Assembly (NCBI GenBank): GCA_002269645.1
Contig: NIVC01003156.1
Coordinates: 1-64,000, forward strand
Origin: Macrostomum lignano
Taxonomy: Eukaryota
Length of the DNA stretch: 64,000 bases
Reading direction: 5' to 3'
The position numbers were made by a program, and so were the translations under genes. Positions 53,117-64,000 of this stretch are shown in pieces; position 1 is the first letter of the stretch; every line of letters starts with the position of its first letter. The notes under the pieces are model-generated. The model was given only the letters and a program-made list of their open reading frames with translations, did not search any database and was not told the origin of the DNA.

Positions 53117-56100
53117 TTACCCAGAGTGCAAACTGCAGCGGGCATCGGCCATGGAGCACAGGTTTCTCCACTGCTGGTGCACCTTGCCGCCGTAGTGCAA
53201 CAGCTTCGGCTGTGCGGGCAGTACCTCGTTGGCGTCAGAAGTTCGATCGACAGGTCCGATGTTGCTGGCATAGTACCAGAAATCCTGTCCAGAGATCAGA
53301 AACACGGTCGAGTCGCTGCGACGATAATACGCTGCATCCAAGGGCGTTACGAGCGGTTTCAAGTTGTTGGGAGCTTCCGGGAACATCCGGTTGAGCTTGA
53401 CGTGTCTGACGCAACAGTTGTTCTTGCGCAGGGAGCCATTGTGCTGGAGCAGGTCGTACTCAAATGCCTGCAATTGAGAGTATAACGATATCTTCATTAG
53501 TACTTCAGAGTAATAAGTTGATCATATTTCAATTTCTGCAGGTCCACTTTTGAGGTTTATATTAAGCCGATAGGGTGTGTTTAATCCCACCATGAAACCT
53601 TCAATCTTTTCTGCTCAGCACTTCGACATGGCCGCTAGAACTCCAGTCTCTACCGACCCCCTCCTCGCCTAACTGTTTGTCGGTAAATACCTAAATTGTT
53701 AAGCCTCCTAGTTCTAGTTCAACGTCACTCACCCAGTCTCCTTTGATGAAGACGGCCGTTCTCTTGGCATAGTCATAGTAGGCAGCGTCAATCGATTCCG
53801 GAATGCCGTACTGTTCCCCAGTTCTCCGACTAAAGTCTGCAGATATGCCAGCCGCTGAGCTCAGCAGTGCACCGGTGGAGCTGTTCATCACGAAGTACTC
53901 GGCGCCTGGGTGGCGGTGGATTAAATTTGCGAATTATTTAGTAATTAATAATTGTAGTTAATTACTTCGACCTCACGTGGAACACTTCTGCATGTGTCAG
54001 TGGAATTTCACTATGAAATACGAGTGAGATGCACGTGACCATGGAAACATTCGAGTAGAATGGATGTGTAAGAGGGTGAGAGGAGGTTAATTGAGAAACA
54101 ATGAGAGAATGCCTCAGGGAGACTGCGAGTCGAAAAGAGTGAGAGACAAAGAGCGAGGAAAATGTTTGAGAGAAGTAGAGAGGGGGAGTGAGATAGAGCG
54201 GGGGAATGACAGAGGGTGAGGGGGTGAGAGAGGGTGAGGGGAGTGAGAGAGGGTGAGGGGAGTGAGAGAGGGTGAGGGGAGTGAGAGGGGGTGAGAGGAG
54301 TGAGAGGGGGTGAGAGGAGTGAGAGAGGGTGAGGGGAGTGAGAGAGGGAGAGGGGAGTGAGAGGGGGTGAGAGGAGTGAGAGAGGGTGAGGGGAGTGAGA
54401 GAGGGTGAGGGAGTGAGAGGGGGTGAGGGGAGTGAGAGAGGGTGAGGGGAGTGAGAGGGGGTGAGGGGAGTGAGAGGGGGTGAGGGGAGTGAGAGGGGGT
54501 GAGGGGAGTGAGAGGGGGTGAGGGGAGTGAGAGGGGGTGAGAGGAGTGAGAGAGGGTGAGGGGAGTGAGAGAGGGTGAGGGGAGTGAGAGGGGGTGAGGG
54601 GAGTGAGAGAGGGTGAGGGGAGTGAGAGAGGGTGAGGGGAGTGAGAGGGGGTGAGGGGAGTGAGAGAGGGTGAGGGGAGTGAGAGAGGGTGAGGGGAGTG
54701 AGAGAGGGTGAGGGGAGTGAGAGAGGGTGAGGGGAGTGAGAGAGGGTGAGGGGAGTGAGAGAGGGTGAGGGGAGTGAGAGAGGGTGAGGGGAGTGAGAGG
54801 GGTAAGAGAAGGGATAGATAAGGTTAGAGAGGAGGAGATTAGATTAGGAAGGATTAGATTAGAATAGATTAGATTAGGAAGGATTAGATTAGAATAGATT
54901 AGATTAGGAAGGATTAGATTAGAATAGATTAGATTAGAATAGATATGATTAGATGAGATTAGATTAGATTAGAAGATTAGGAAGGTTAGAGAGGGGGAAG
55001 ATATAGAGTTAGATTGAGAGACTTCAAGGAGAATTCCATTCCCATTCTCTCACCAGAGAAAGCCAGGCTGATCAGCGCTCGCCCGTCAGGTGACTCCGCC
55101 TGCAAAACGGCGTCCACGCGATCCAAACGGCCGTCCAGTCCCGGCCACACGCAGCCCAGACTGTCCGGGTAGCCGCCGCGACCTTGGGTCCACACGGAAC
55201 CCCTGGAGACCACTCGAGTGTAGGATTCGAACCCGCGACCTAGCTCGTAGCGCCAATCGATGATGGCGTCGATTCTTGGAGAACAGGGGCCTGCAAGTAG
55301 AGGGTTGCGAATTCTATGAACTAAATCCTCACATTACTCGTATTGCATGTGTGAGCCACTAGACCGCTTTTTTTCTTGTTCCTCCCTGTGTCCCGATATC
55401 CCTCTACCCCTTCCACTCTCTCCTCTGCTCATCTCCTCTCTCCCCTCTCTCCATCATCTCCTATCTCTCCCTTTTCTCCATCTTCCATAGCTCCATCTCC
55501 CATCTCCTTATCTATCTATCTCCTATCTCTCCCCTTCTCCTATCTCTCCATCTCCCCTCTCCCCTCATCTTAACCCACCGTATCTCTGCCGAACCAGCCG
55601 GATCTCGTCCCTGCCAATCAGAGCTGCCGGGACACGAGATGTCGGACGCCGGAGCAGTGCCGGCCAAGCATTCACGCTGGACGGGTGCATAATTGAGCTC
55701 AAGTGGGACGAGTGCCCCAGACCCAGCAGGTGTCCGATTTCGTGCACCAGCAGTCGCAGAAGGTGCACCGCTCCTCGTTGTCGAACAGGACGATTGTCGG
55801 ACAGCTGGAATTCTTCCTCAATGTCGATGTGAATCGCCGAGGCGGCCTGCGTGTGCGCCGCGTCGCCTCCGGGGCCATCGAATCTGCGCTGGCAGTTGTG
55901 CGAGCCTGCGGCGGTAACAGCGGTGACTCATCAATCATTTCTCTTGCGCTTTTGTTTACAAGATTTATTGATAAAATCTCCCAGTTTTCTGAGCGTTTTT
56001 TAGAGGCCCTCACAGACACTTGCTCTCGTCTCATCTCCCTTTCTCTTATCTCTTCTCTCCCCATCCTTCTCCCTTATCTCTCTCTATCTCTCTTTTCCCT

Positions 56101-58729
56101 CATTCTCCTTTCTCCCCCTCTCTTCTCCCCTCTCTTCTCCCCTCTCTTCTCCCCTCTCTCTTCTCCCCCTCTCTTCTCCCCTCTCTTCTCCCCTCTCTTC
56201 TCCCCTCTCTTCTCCCCTCTCTTCTCCCCTCTCTCTTCTCCCCTCTCTCTTCTCTCCTCTCTTCTCCCCTCTCTCTTCTCCCCTCTCTTCTCCCCCTTTC
56301 TTCTCCCCTCTCTCTTCTCCTCCTCTCTTCTGCCCTCTCTCTTCTCCTCCTCTCTTCTGCCCTCTCTCTTCTCCCCTCTCTCTTCTCCCCTCTCTCTTCT
56401 CCCCTCTCTCCTCCCCTCTACTCTCCCATCTCTTTTCTGTTCTCTCTTCTCCCATCTATCCTCTCCCCCTTTCTTCTCCCCTCTCTTCTCCCCTCGCTTT
56501 TCCCCTCTCTTTTTCCTTCTATTCTCCCCTCTCTTCTCATATCTCTCCTCTCCCCATCATTTCCCCTCATTTTCCCCTAAATGTACCTTTCTCTCCATCT
56601 CTCACTCTCCCTCTTTACTTTCATCTCTCTTGTCTCCCGCATCCATAAAAAAATTTAATTCTGAACCTCAAAAACTAACTACACCAAAGCAAACGCAGAC
56701 AGCTTGCTCAGACAGAGAAAGAAGAAGTGCACAATAGTCACGCATCCTGAAAAAGTAGTCTATTTTCGAGCTAACCCGGAAGGCGCCAAAAAGTCTGTCG
56801 CGATTGAGTTAAACAGCGCTCGCTAGCGGGGAGACCTACTCGTAGTCCCTGATACAGGTGCTCAAAAGGTATGTAGCCAACTATAGAAAAACACGCGCGC
56901 AAGCCACCAGTCTTTCCGGGTGGACTCTCCTCCTCTGCCGCCTCCCGCCCGACTCCTCAGATTTTTATTGCCCCTTCGATAGCCATAGCGGAATGGTCAT
57001 CCCACCCAATCCCTCCAGGGGCTGTGTTTGTCCTGTCATTTCCTATCCGCATTTGAAATTGTAAAACAGTTTAAATTATTGTTCTTAATAGCTAACATTG
57101 GTCCTATTCAAAGTTTTCAAGGTAGCGTAGACCTATCAGATAATAATGATTTGAAATTTCTTACTTTTATTACACTAATTAGCCAACAATAATTGACTCG
57201 CCCATATTTCTCACCTTTACGACACTAATTAGCCAACAATTATTGACTCGCCCCTATTTCTCACCTGTACGACACTAATTAGCCAACAATCATTGACTCA
57301 CCCCTATTTCTCACCTGTACGACACTAATTAGCCAACAATCATTGACTCGCCCCTATTTCTCACCTGTACGACACTAATTAGCCAACAATTATTGACTCG
57401 CCCCTATTTCTCACCTGTACAACACTAATTAGCCAACAATTATTGACTCGCCCTTATTTCTCACCTTTGCGACACTAATTAGCCAACAATCATTGACTCG
57501 CTCCTATTTCTCACCTGTACGACACTAATTAGCCAACAATCATTTGACTCGCCCCTATTTCTCACCTGTACAAAACTAATTAGCCAACAAATTTATTTGC
57601 CTACTTTAACTAGACAGTAGTTTAAATTGCTTTAGTAACACAAACTGCATGTAGCTGAAAATTAAGGTTAATTACTAATCTAGTATGCAATATTATTCGC
57701 ACCTGTAAACCACCTATAAAATGCAGTGAATTTGCAACTCACCCCTGTAGAATCCGATTTCGATATCAGCTGTTCCCTCCTGCTCATTGAACACCTGACT
57801 GAACCGTAGTGGCGCCACCGAGGCCCAGAGAGAGAAGGCCCTGCGAATCAGCTTAGTCACCTGATTTCGATTGAGTCGTTCGCTCATTCGGGCTAGACGC
57901 CAGCTAAGATTTCTAGTGTCGAATCGGCGAGGCTCGGCGTCCATCTCGACTCGAATCGGTGTGCTTCGTTTTGGTCGTCGGGCAGCTCTGCTGCTGCTAT
58001 CGAACTGCGCATCCGCCACTCCGCATCGACCCTCTCGCATGGCCGCCAGAGTTGCCAAGTCCAACAAGCCGGTCATTGGCAGCTGATAGACGGTCTGAAA
58101 TTTGGAGACAGCCTCAGCTAAATCGATGGAGTCGAGAGCGGTCGAGTTGTCGATGTCGGAGCCGGAGTCGATTTCGTCGGTAGAGTTGGTGCTGTTGAGC
58201 AGAGCATGGATCTGTGCTGACGGCTCCAGAGAGTTCAGGTAGCCAAATTTCTGCAGGTAGGCCTAACAGTTTTAATGGTAGGCTTTTATTAGACTGAGAG
58301 CATGAGACTGTGTTACATATTGGGGATATGGAGGAGAGAAGTGGGAATAGAAAATATGATTGAAGAAATGACTGAATAGAGAGGGTTGAAGGGGGAGTGA
58401 AGGGAGGAGTGAAGGGAGGGTTGAAGCGGTGAGTGAAGATTAAATGGAGGGTTGAAGGGAGGAAGGAATGAAGGAAGGGTATAGGTTAAAGGGAAGTTGA
58501 AAGGAGTAGGAAATTCCAACAAATTAGCACTCACCACAGCCTCTCGTACTTCACCATCCGATAGCAAGCTTCCATTGCTGATTGCAGATTCAAAATCAAC
58601 TGTTCGATTTTGAGTCTCATTCGAGTCAACAGTGCTCAAGGCTTTGGCAGGTCGAGAGTAGCAAGGAGCGCCACAGACCAGGAGCAGCAAGTACCCAATC
58701 AGAAGCGGCAATCTGGGATAGCAGGACAT
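53117..58729 (-). CDS. Matrix metalloproteinase (M10A), ~600 aa; exons 58729-58535, 58262-57743, 55905-55579, 55290-55054, 53905-53733, 53467-53117
   Basis: Signal peptide; prodomain YLQKFGYL; cysteine switch GRCGVAD; furin site RRPKR; FDGPGG..AAH; HEIGHLLGLGH zinc motif; Met-turn SIMHP; four hemopexin DA motifs (RIDAI, RVDAV, SIDAA, PLDAA). All exon phases are compatible. Confidence 0.95.
54210..54985. repeat. Purine-rich (gagagggtgaggggagt)n followed by (GATTA)n-like repeats, MMP intron
   Basis: Directly visible. Confidence 0.95.
56090..56510. repeat. Pyrimidine-rich (tcttctcccctc)n, MMP intron
   Basis: Directly visible; gives the LFSP / EERG spurious ORFs. Confidence 0.95.
57170..57590. 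repeat. 50-bp minisatellite (gacactaattagccaacaatcattgactcgcccctatttctcacctgtac), ~8 copies
   Basis: Directly visible; head-to-tail with no spacers. Confidence 0.95.
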
Positions 58730-58791
58730 TTCTGTCAAAGAAATTCTGTTTGTTGTCGATCAAATTATAATTTCACAGCAAATCTGCCTCT

Positions 58792-58799
58792 TATTTATA
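58792..58799 (-). promoter_or_regulatory. Candidate TATA box of the MMP gene
   Basis: TATAAATA on the minus strand ~63 nt upstream of the ATG; position only. Confidence 0.4.
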
Positions 58800-59527
58800 G
58801 ACGAAAAAATGATAATTAAATTAATTGGCGCAGATGCTAAAGAGGCATAATTGCTCGGCTTGGAGAGGGATTCGATGACCCCAGGGCCGCTGTCTCAAAA
58901 ACTCGAATTGCTACTTTTTCTGTCTACATTTTTTCTAGTCCAGACTTTTGAAGACATATTTTACGAGCTACTAAAGCTGGAGACGGCGAAAATTCCGTTG
59001 GCTGAGCCAAAGGGCTCTTTGTAGCCACCTCAGTTGCAGCCTACCTACGAGCTATAAGTTCTAAGGACAAATTTCGAATGAGGCGTCCAGGCCAGCTTCT
59101 TTTCTAATTTTTAAATTGTCTGTTCAAGAAGTGCATTAAAATTTCTTTGAAGTGCAATCCGAAACTTTTTTGCGGTTGTAAAATGCATCGGTTGAAAAAA
59201 CTGAAATAAGTGCATCTGAAAGATAATCTCTAGAATAAGACAGCTTTTCTAGTTTAAAAAGGTTCAGTCAAACCTTCGCCAAGAACACTTGAGACAGGAA
59301 TTCTAAGAAATGTTGAATTGTTCATTTCTGAATTCTGCTACTTTGAAGATTTTTCAAGTCTTTTTTAATGACATCCCGGCTTGAATTCTTGGAAAAATAA
59401 TGAAATGTAACACAAAAGGTCAAGTATATTGTAAAATTGCAACTTCAAAAGATTTTCCGAATACTTCTAAAATAGATTTCTCGGCGGAAATTTCACCTTT
59501 AATAGTGGTTTGAAAGGACTATACGAG

Positions 59528-60530
59528 TAATTAAGACTCGGCACTTGAGGAGTGAATCTCAATAAGACTCGGAGTTTAAGGAGTGAATCTCAATAAGACT
59601 CGGAGTTTAAGGAGTGAATCTCAATAAGACTCGGAGTTTAAGGAGTGAATCTCAATAAGACTCGGAGTTTAAGGAGTGAATCTCAATAAGACTCGGAGTT
59701 TAAGAAGTGAATCTCAATAAGACTCGGAGTTTAAGGAGTGAATCTCAATAAGACTCGGAGTTTAAGGAGTGAATCTCAATAAGACTCGGAGTTTAAGGAG
59801 TGAATCTCAATAAGACTCGGAGTTTAAGGAGTGAATCTCAATAAGACTCGGAGTTTAAGGAGTGAATCTCAATAAGACTCGGAGTTTAAGGAGTGAATCT
59901 CAGTGAGACTCAACGTTTAGGAGCTGTGAAAATTCTCAGTAAGACTCAATGTTTAGGAGTGAATCTCAATAAGACTCAGTGTAGGCAGTTAATCTCAATA
60001 AGACTCAGTGTAGGCAGTTAATCTCAATAAGACTCAGTGTAGGCAGTTAATCTCAATAAGACTCAGTGTAGGCAGTTAATCTCAATAAGACTCAGTGTAG
60101 GCAGTTAATCTCAATAAGACTCAATGTTTAGGGTTAATCTCAATAATACTCAGTGTAAGAAGTTAATCTCATAAGACTCAGTGTTTAGGAGTCAATCTCA
60201 ATAAGACTCAATGTTTAGGGTGAATCTCAATAAGACTCAAAGTTTAGGAGTGAATCTCAACAAGACTCTGTGTAAGGAGTGAATCCCAATAAGACTCAAT
60301 GTTTAGGGTGAATCTCAATAAGACTCAATGTTTAGGGTGAATCTCAATAAGACTCAATGTTTAGGGTGAATCTCAATAAGACATAATGTTTAGGGTGAAT
60401 CTCAATAAGACTCAATGTTTAGGGTGAATCTCAATAAGACTCAATGTTTAGGGTGAATCTCAATAAGACTCTGTGTTTAGGTGTGAATATCCGTGAGACT
60501 TAGTGTTTAGGAGTGAATCTCAGTGAGACT
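59528..60530. repeat. ~31-bp minisatellite (gagtgaatctcaataagactcggagtttaag) with variant blocks
   Basis: Directly visible. Confidence 0.96.
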
Positions 60531-60574
60531 CATCACTTGAGAAATGAAGCTCAGCACTTAACTGAATCAGTCAG

Positions 60575-60835
60575 GCCCTTCTGACTTTCTAATCGTTAAG
60601 CATGTACACTGTCTGCGCTTTGGGAGTTGGTGTGAAGTCGCAGAGTCAAATTCATCATCTGACGATCGGGTATAAGAGAAGGTTAAATCAAGCGATACCA
60701 TGCGACCCGACCGCGGGGCAATTGAAAATTTCGGCGGAAGAATGTAGCAATGCTCAGTAAAAGGTCTCGAATTCAAGTCGCAACGTCATGAATCCAGCAG
60801 ACGTCGCCCCGTTACGCCTAGACGTCTAGACAATG
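60575..60835 (-). mobile_element. Possible fourth, diverged copy of the SINE-like family
   Basis: gactttctaatcgttaagcatgtac..tctgcgc (60583-60618) resembles the reverse complement of 10040-10075; the putative head contains tctaggcg and ttcgagacc. Confidence 0.35.
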
Positions 60836-61129
60836 GCGGCAAATTAACCTTCGACTAGAGTGCCCCCAGACAAGTAATTAACCTAATTAACCTGTATGCT
60901 TGGAAAAATTCATTCGTTTGAAGTTTCCCGCCGCTAATTTAGCGAGCAAAATTATCTTGTAAACAACTTTGAGTCATCAAATTTTGCTCAATTATTGCAC
61001 TAAAACGAAAATTTTATAAAGTGGTTTGAATTTCATAAATAAGAATTCACGCCCAAAACTAGCTTACACAGGTATGACCTTAGTGGGTTTGTTGTCCACT
61101 TAAGATTGTAATCGATAGCGCAAAGGATC

Positions 61130-61910
61130 AAATGGAGATGGCGCCATGATTGATTGGAATGGCACCAAGATTGAATAGAGATGGCGCTAAGATTGATTGG
61201 AGATGGCGCCAAGATTGAGTGGAGATGGCGCCAAGAATGAATAGAGACGGCGCCAAGATTGATTCCAGATGGCGCCAAGATTGATTGGAGATGGCGCCAA
61301 GATTGAATAGAGATAGCGCTAAGATTGAGTGAAGATGGCGCCAAGAATCAGTAAAGATGGCGCCAATAATCAGTGAAAATGGCGCCAAGAATCAATGAAA
61401 ATGGCGCTAAGAATCAGTGAAAATGCCGCCAAGAATCGATTATGGCACCAATATTGAGTGAAGATGGCGCCAAGAATCAGTAAAGGTGGCGCCAAGAATC
61501 AGTAAAGATGGCGCCAAAAATCAGTGAAGATGGCGCCAAGAATCAATGAAAATGGCGCTAAGAATCAGTGAAGATGCCGCCAAGAATCGATTATGGCACC
61601 AATATTGAGTGAAGATGGCGCCAAGAATCAATGAAAATGGCGCCAAGAATCAGTGAAGATGGCGCCAAAAATCAGTAAAGATGGCGCCAAGAATCGATGA
61701 AGATGGCGCCAAGATTGAATAGAGATGGCGCCAAAAATCAGCAAAGATGGCGCCAAGAATCGATGAAAATGTCGCCAAGAATCAGTGAAGATGGCGCAAA
61801 GAATCAGTGAAGATGGCGCCAAGAATCAGTGAAGATAGCGCAAAGAATCAGTGAAGATGGCGCCAAGAATCAGTGAAAATGGCGCCAAGAATCAATGAAA
61901 ATGGCGCCAA
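61130..61910. repeat. ~22-bp minisatellite with core AAGATGGCGCC / AAAATGGCGCC
   Basis: Directly visible. Confidence 0.93.
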
Positions 61911-62145
61911 CGATATGCAGTGTCGGTGCTTGAGCAAAGAATGAAGACAATTGGCACGATAACTAGGTTTTTTCTTCCAGAGCAAACAAGAGCGCTAAAT
62001 TGCAAATTACCGAAACGCACTGCCTTACATCTCAATGCTTTATTAAGCTTAGATTTAAATTTCTCTTAATCAACCGATCGAAAAAAGACACCAAAGACTG
62101 GATAGAGTCGTTGCCAAGCTCCAGCGCCAAGCCATGCATCTAAAA

Positions 62146-62500
62146 CTACTTGGTCTTCTTAGCGCGAATCTTTCTCAGGTAGAAGTCCAACTCTTTGCCC
62201 TCCAGGATGTAGCCGTCCGCTCTGCCGCACTGGCCAGGCCGGGAGGTGAGGCAGGCGTACAGGCGGCCGCTGGCGAACTGCTCTAGCAGGGCTGGCGGCA
62301 CCTCGGCCTGCGGGAGCGTTCGGTTTTGGCATTATCGATTCATTGATTTATTTTCTAAACTGATGCTGGCTTAAACAGTCCACGTTTTCTACTATGACCA
62401 GTAGTCAGTTAAGACTTTCTTTATTTCATTAACGGAAATCAGGTAGGGCCACCTGTCTATCTATCTACCAGTATCTATTCATCTGTCTATCATTTATCTG

Positions 62501-62551
<51 letters not shown>

Positions 62552-62638
62552 GTCTATCTATCTATCTATCTATGTATCTATCTATCTATCTATCTATGTA
62601 TCTATCTATCTATCTGTCTATCCATCTATCTGTCTATG

Positions 62639-62671
<33 letters not shown>

Positions 62672-62672
62672 G

Positions 62673-62713
<41 letters not shown>

Positions 62714-62743
62714 GTATCTATCTATCTATCTATCTGTCTATCC

Positions 62744-62822
<79 letters not shown>

Positions 62823-63388
62823 GATCAATGATATTCAGACGCCAACAAGAACCGCACCTTCTTCTGCCTCTCCAGGTACTTCTTCATGGTTTTCTTGCTG
62901 CGGGTGAATGAGATGGGGCCACCGGCAGCGCCAGGATCGGCGCCCTCCTTGTCGGCGCCATCGGCAGGTTTGTCGGCGGCTTTAGGGGCGGACTTCTTCT
63001 CCTTCTTGCGAGCCAATGGCAGCAGATAGTGCGACTCGAACCACTGACGGAATGGTGTAGCGTCAATCAGCACGATGGCATTTTTAACCAGAGTCTTGGT
63101 GCGCACCAGCTCATTGTTGCTAGCATTATACACTGTGTCGATAATGCGGGTTTTCCGAGCGACGCCTCTCGATGGCCAGCTGAAATTGCCGGTGTCCAAC
63201 CGGAGACCTCGCAGCTTGATACCGCCGCCGCGGACTCGAACCGTGTGCACTCGCTTCACTGTGCCAGCCAGGGCAATCTTTGTGAGGCTGGGCGGCCGGC
63301 CCAGTTCGAACTTGCGCTTCTTACGCAGCTGTTCTCGGCGACCGCCTGTCTTACGGCGCTTGTGGGTTCGGTCTCGGGTGATGCCCAT
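62146..63388 (-). CDS. RPS8: 40S ribosomal protein S8 (eS8), ~230 aa; exons 63388-62858 and 62307-62146
   Basis: [25 protein letters not shown]; [22 protein letters not shown]; [24 protein letters not shown]; [26 protein letters not shown]. Phase-0 intron; minus-strand AATAAA at 62039-62044. Confidence 0.98.
62455..62821. repeat. (TCTA)n microsatellite in the RPS8 intron
   Basis: Directly visible. Confidence 0.99.
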
Positions 63389-64000
63389 GTTTGCATGCAA
63401 TGAAAGTTTTATTATAGAAAATTAATACAACCACGAGATACTTCAGCTTTGTTTTATTATAGTCTTTGTATCAAAATAGTTAGATTGTTTGTGGTCAAAT
63501 TTGAAGAGGATTGGTAAAATTGGAGTGGCGCTTTGGAGGATTTAGTGAAAAACTTGGCACTTTTTAGCAGTTTTTTGCACTTTTAGGTAGGAAGACTTGG
63601 ATTCAGGAAATTTTAAGGTAGCCTAAGACTTTCTTCATAGTGAGTTTAGGGTGAGTGCAAAATTTGGTGTAATTTGGTTTTTAGTTGAGCAGTTTGGGAG
63701 TCCATGGTGAACAAATTTGTACACAAACAATATTCAACAATATAAGCTTTATGCCAAAGTTTATACAAAGTTTATACAAAGTATATACAAATTTGTATAC
63801 ACAGAGACAGTGTTTTCATTTTTATAGGTATAGCTAGCATAATACTAAATAAATATCAAAGAATGCATTAGAAGTTTTAAAAAAATATCATATAAAACTT
63901 TTAGAACAAAATGTTTTAAAAGCCTAATATAGTAACTTGTTAATATAAAAATCGATTTGTGCATTTATCTACACTTTTTTTATAAAAGGTTATAAATATA

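Noticed and set aside
55218-55235. tRNA B-box GGTTCGAATCC on the minus strand
   Set aside because: It is the codons for G-F-E-S in MMP exon 4; there is no A-box or cloverleaf.
55699-56737. 344-aa Leu/Ser/Pro ORF and its Glu/Arg/Gly antisense ORF
   Set aside because: The antisense of MMP exon 3 fused to a pyrimidine microsatellite.

Overview
Eukaryotic, intron-containing, very tandem-repeat-rich animal DNA; roughly a third of the window is micro/minisatellite by my rough tally. The style (GC-rich exons in an AT-rich background, poly-Q/poly-A tracts, arrays inside introns) suggests a free-living flatworm such as Macrostomum, but that is inference. Recognisable genes: the 3' half of tomosyn/STXBP5 (+, 14.7-21.9 kb), a small ubiquitin-like ORF (-), two paralogous class-A peptide-receptor-like GPCRs (-), a 5'-truncated, decayed RNase H-bearing LINE, a ~790-910 aa orphan gene (+), a complete 6-exon matrix metalloproteinase (-) and RPS8 (-). 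Two results are not visible in the ORF track. (1) A two-exon 79-aa gene just downstream of tomosyn repeats tomosyn's R-SNARE motif, keeps the zero-layer Arg and heptad layers, and ends in a polybasic stretch plus CaaX box (CTLL): a candidate lipid-anchored mini-tomosyn. (2) The ~624-bp array at 1-8.3 kb is a tandem of exon+intron units with canonical splice sites and a single open phase-1 frame. It would splice into a repeated 79-aa unit carrying a KRKRR site, and ends in a copy with a stop codon followed by AATAAA. Also present: several MITEs, a diverged tRNA-derived SINE-like family, a GC-AG intron and a possible frameshift or assembly error in the orphan gene. All gene models were spliced by hand and are unconfirmed by transcript data.
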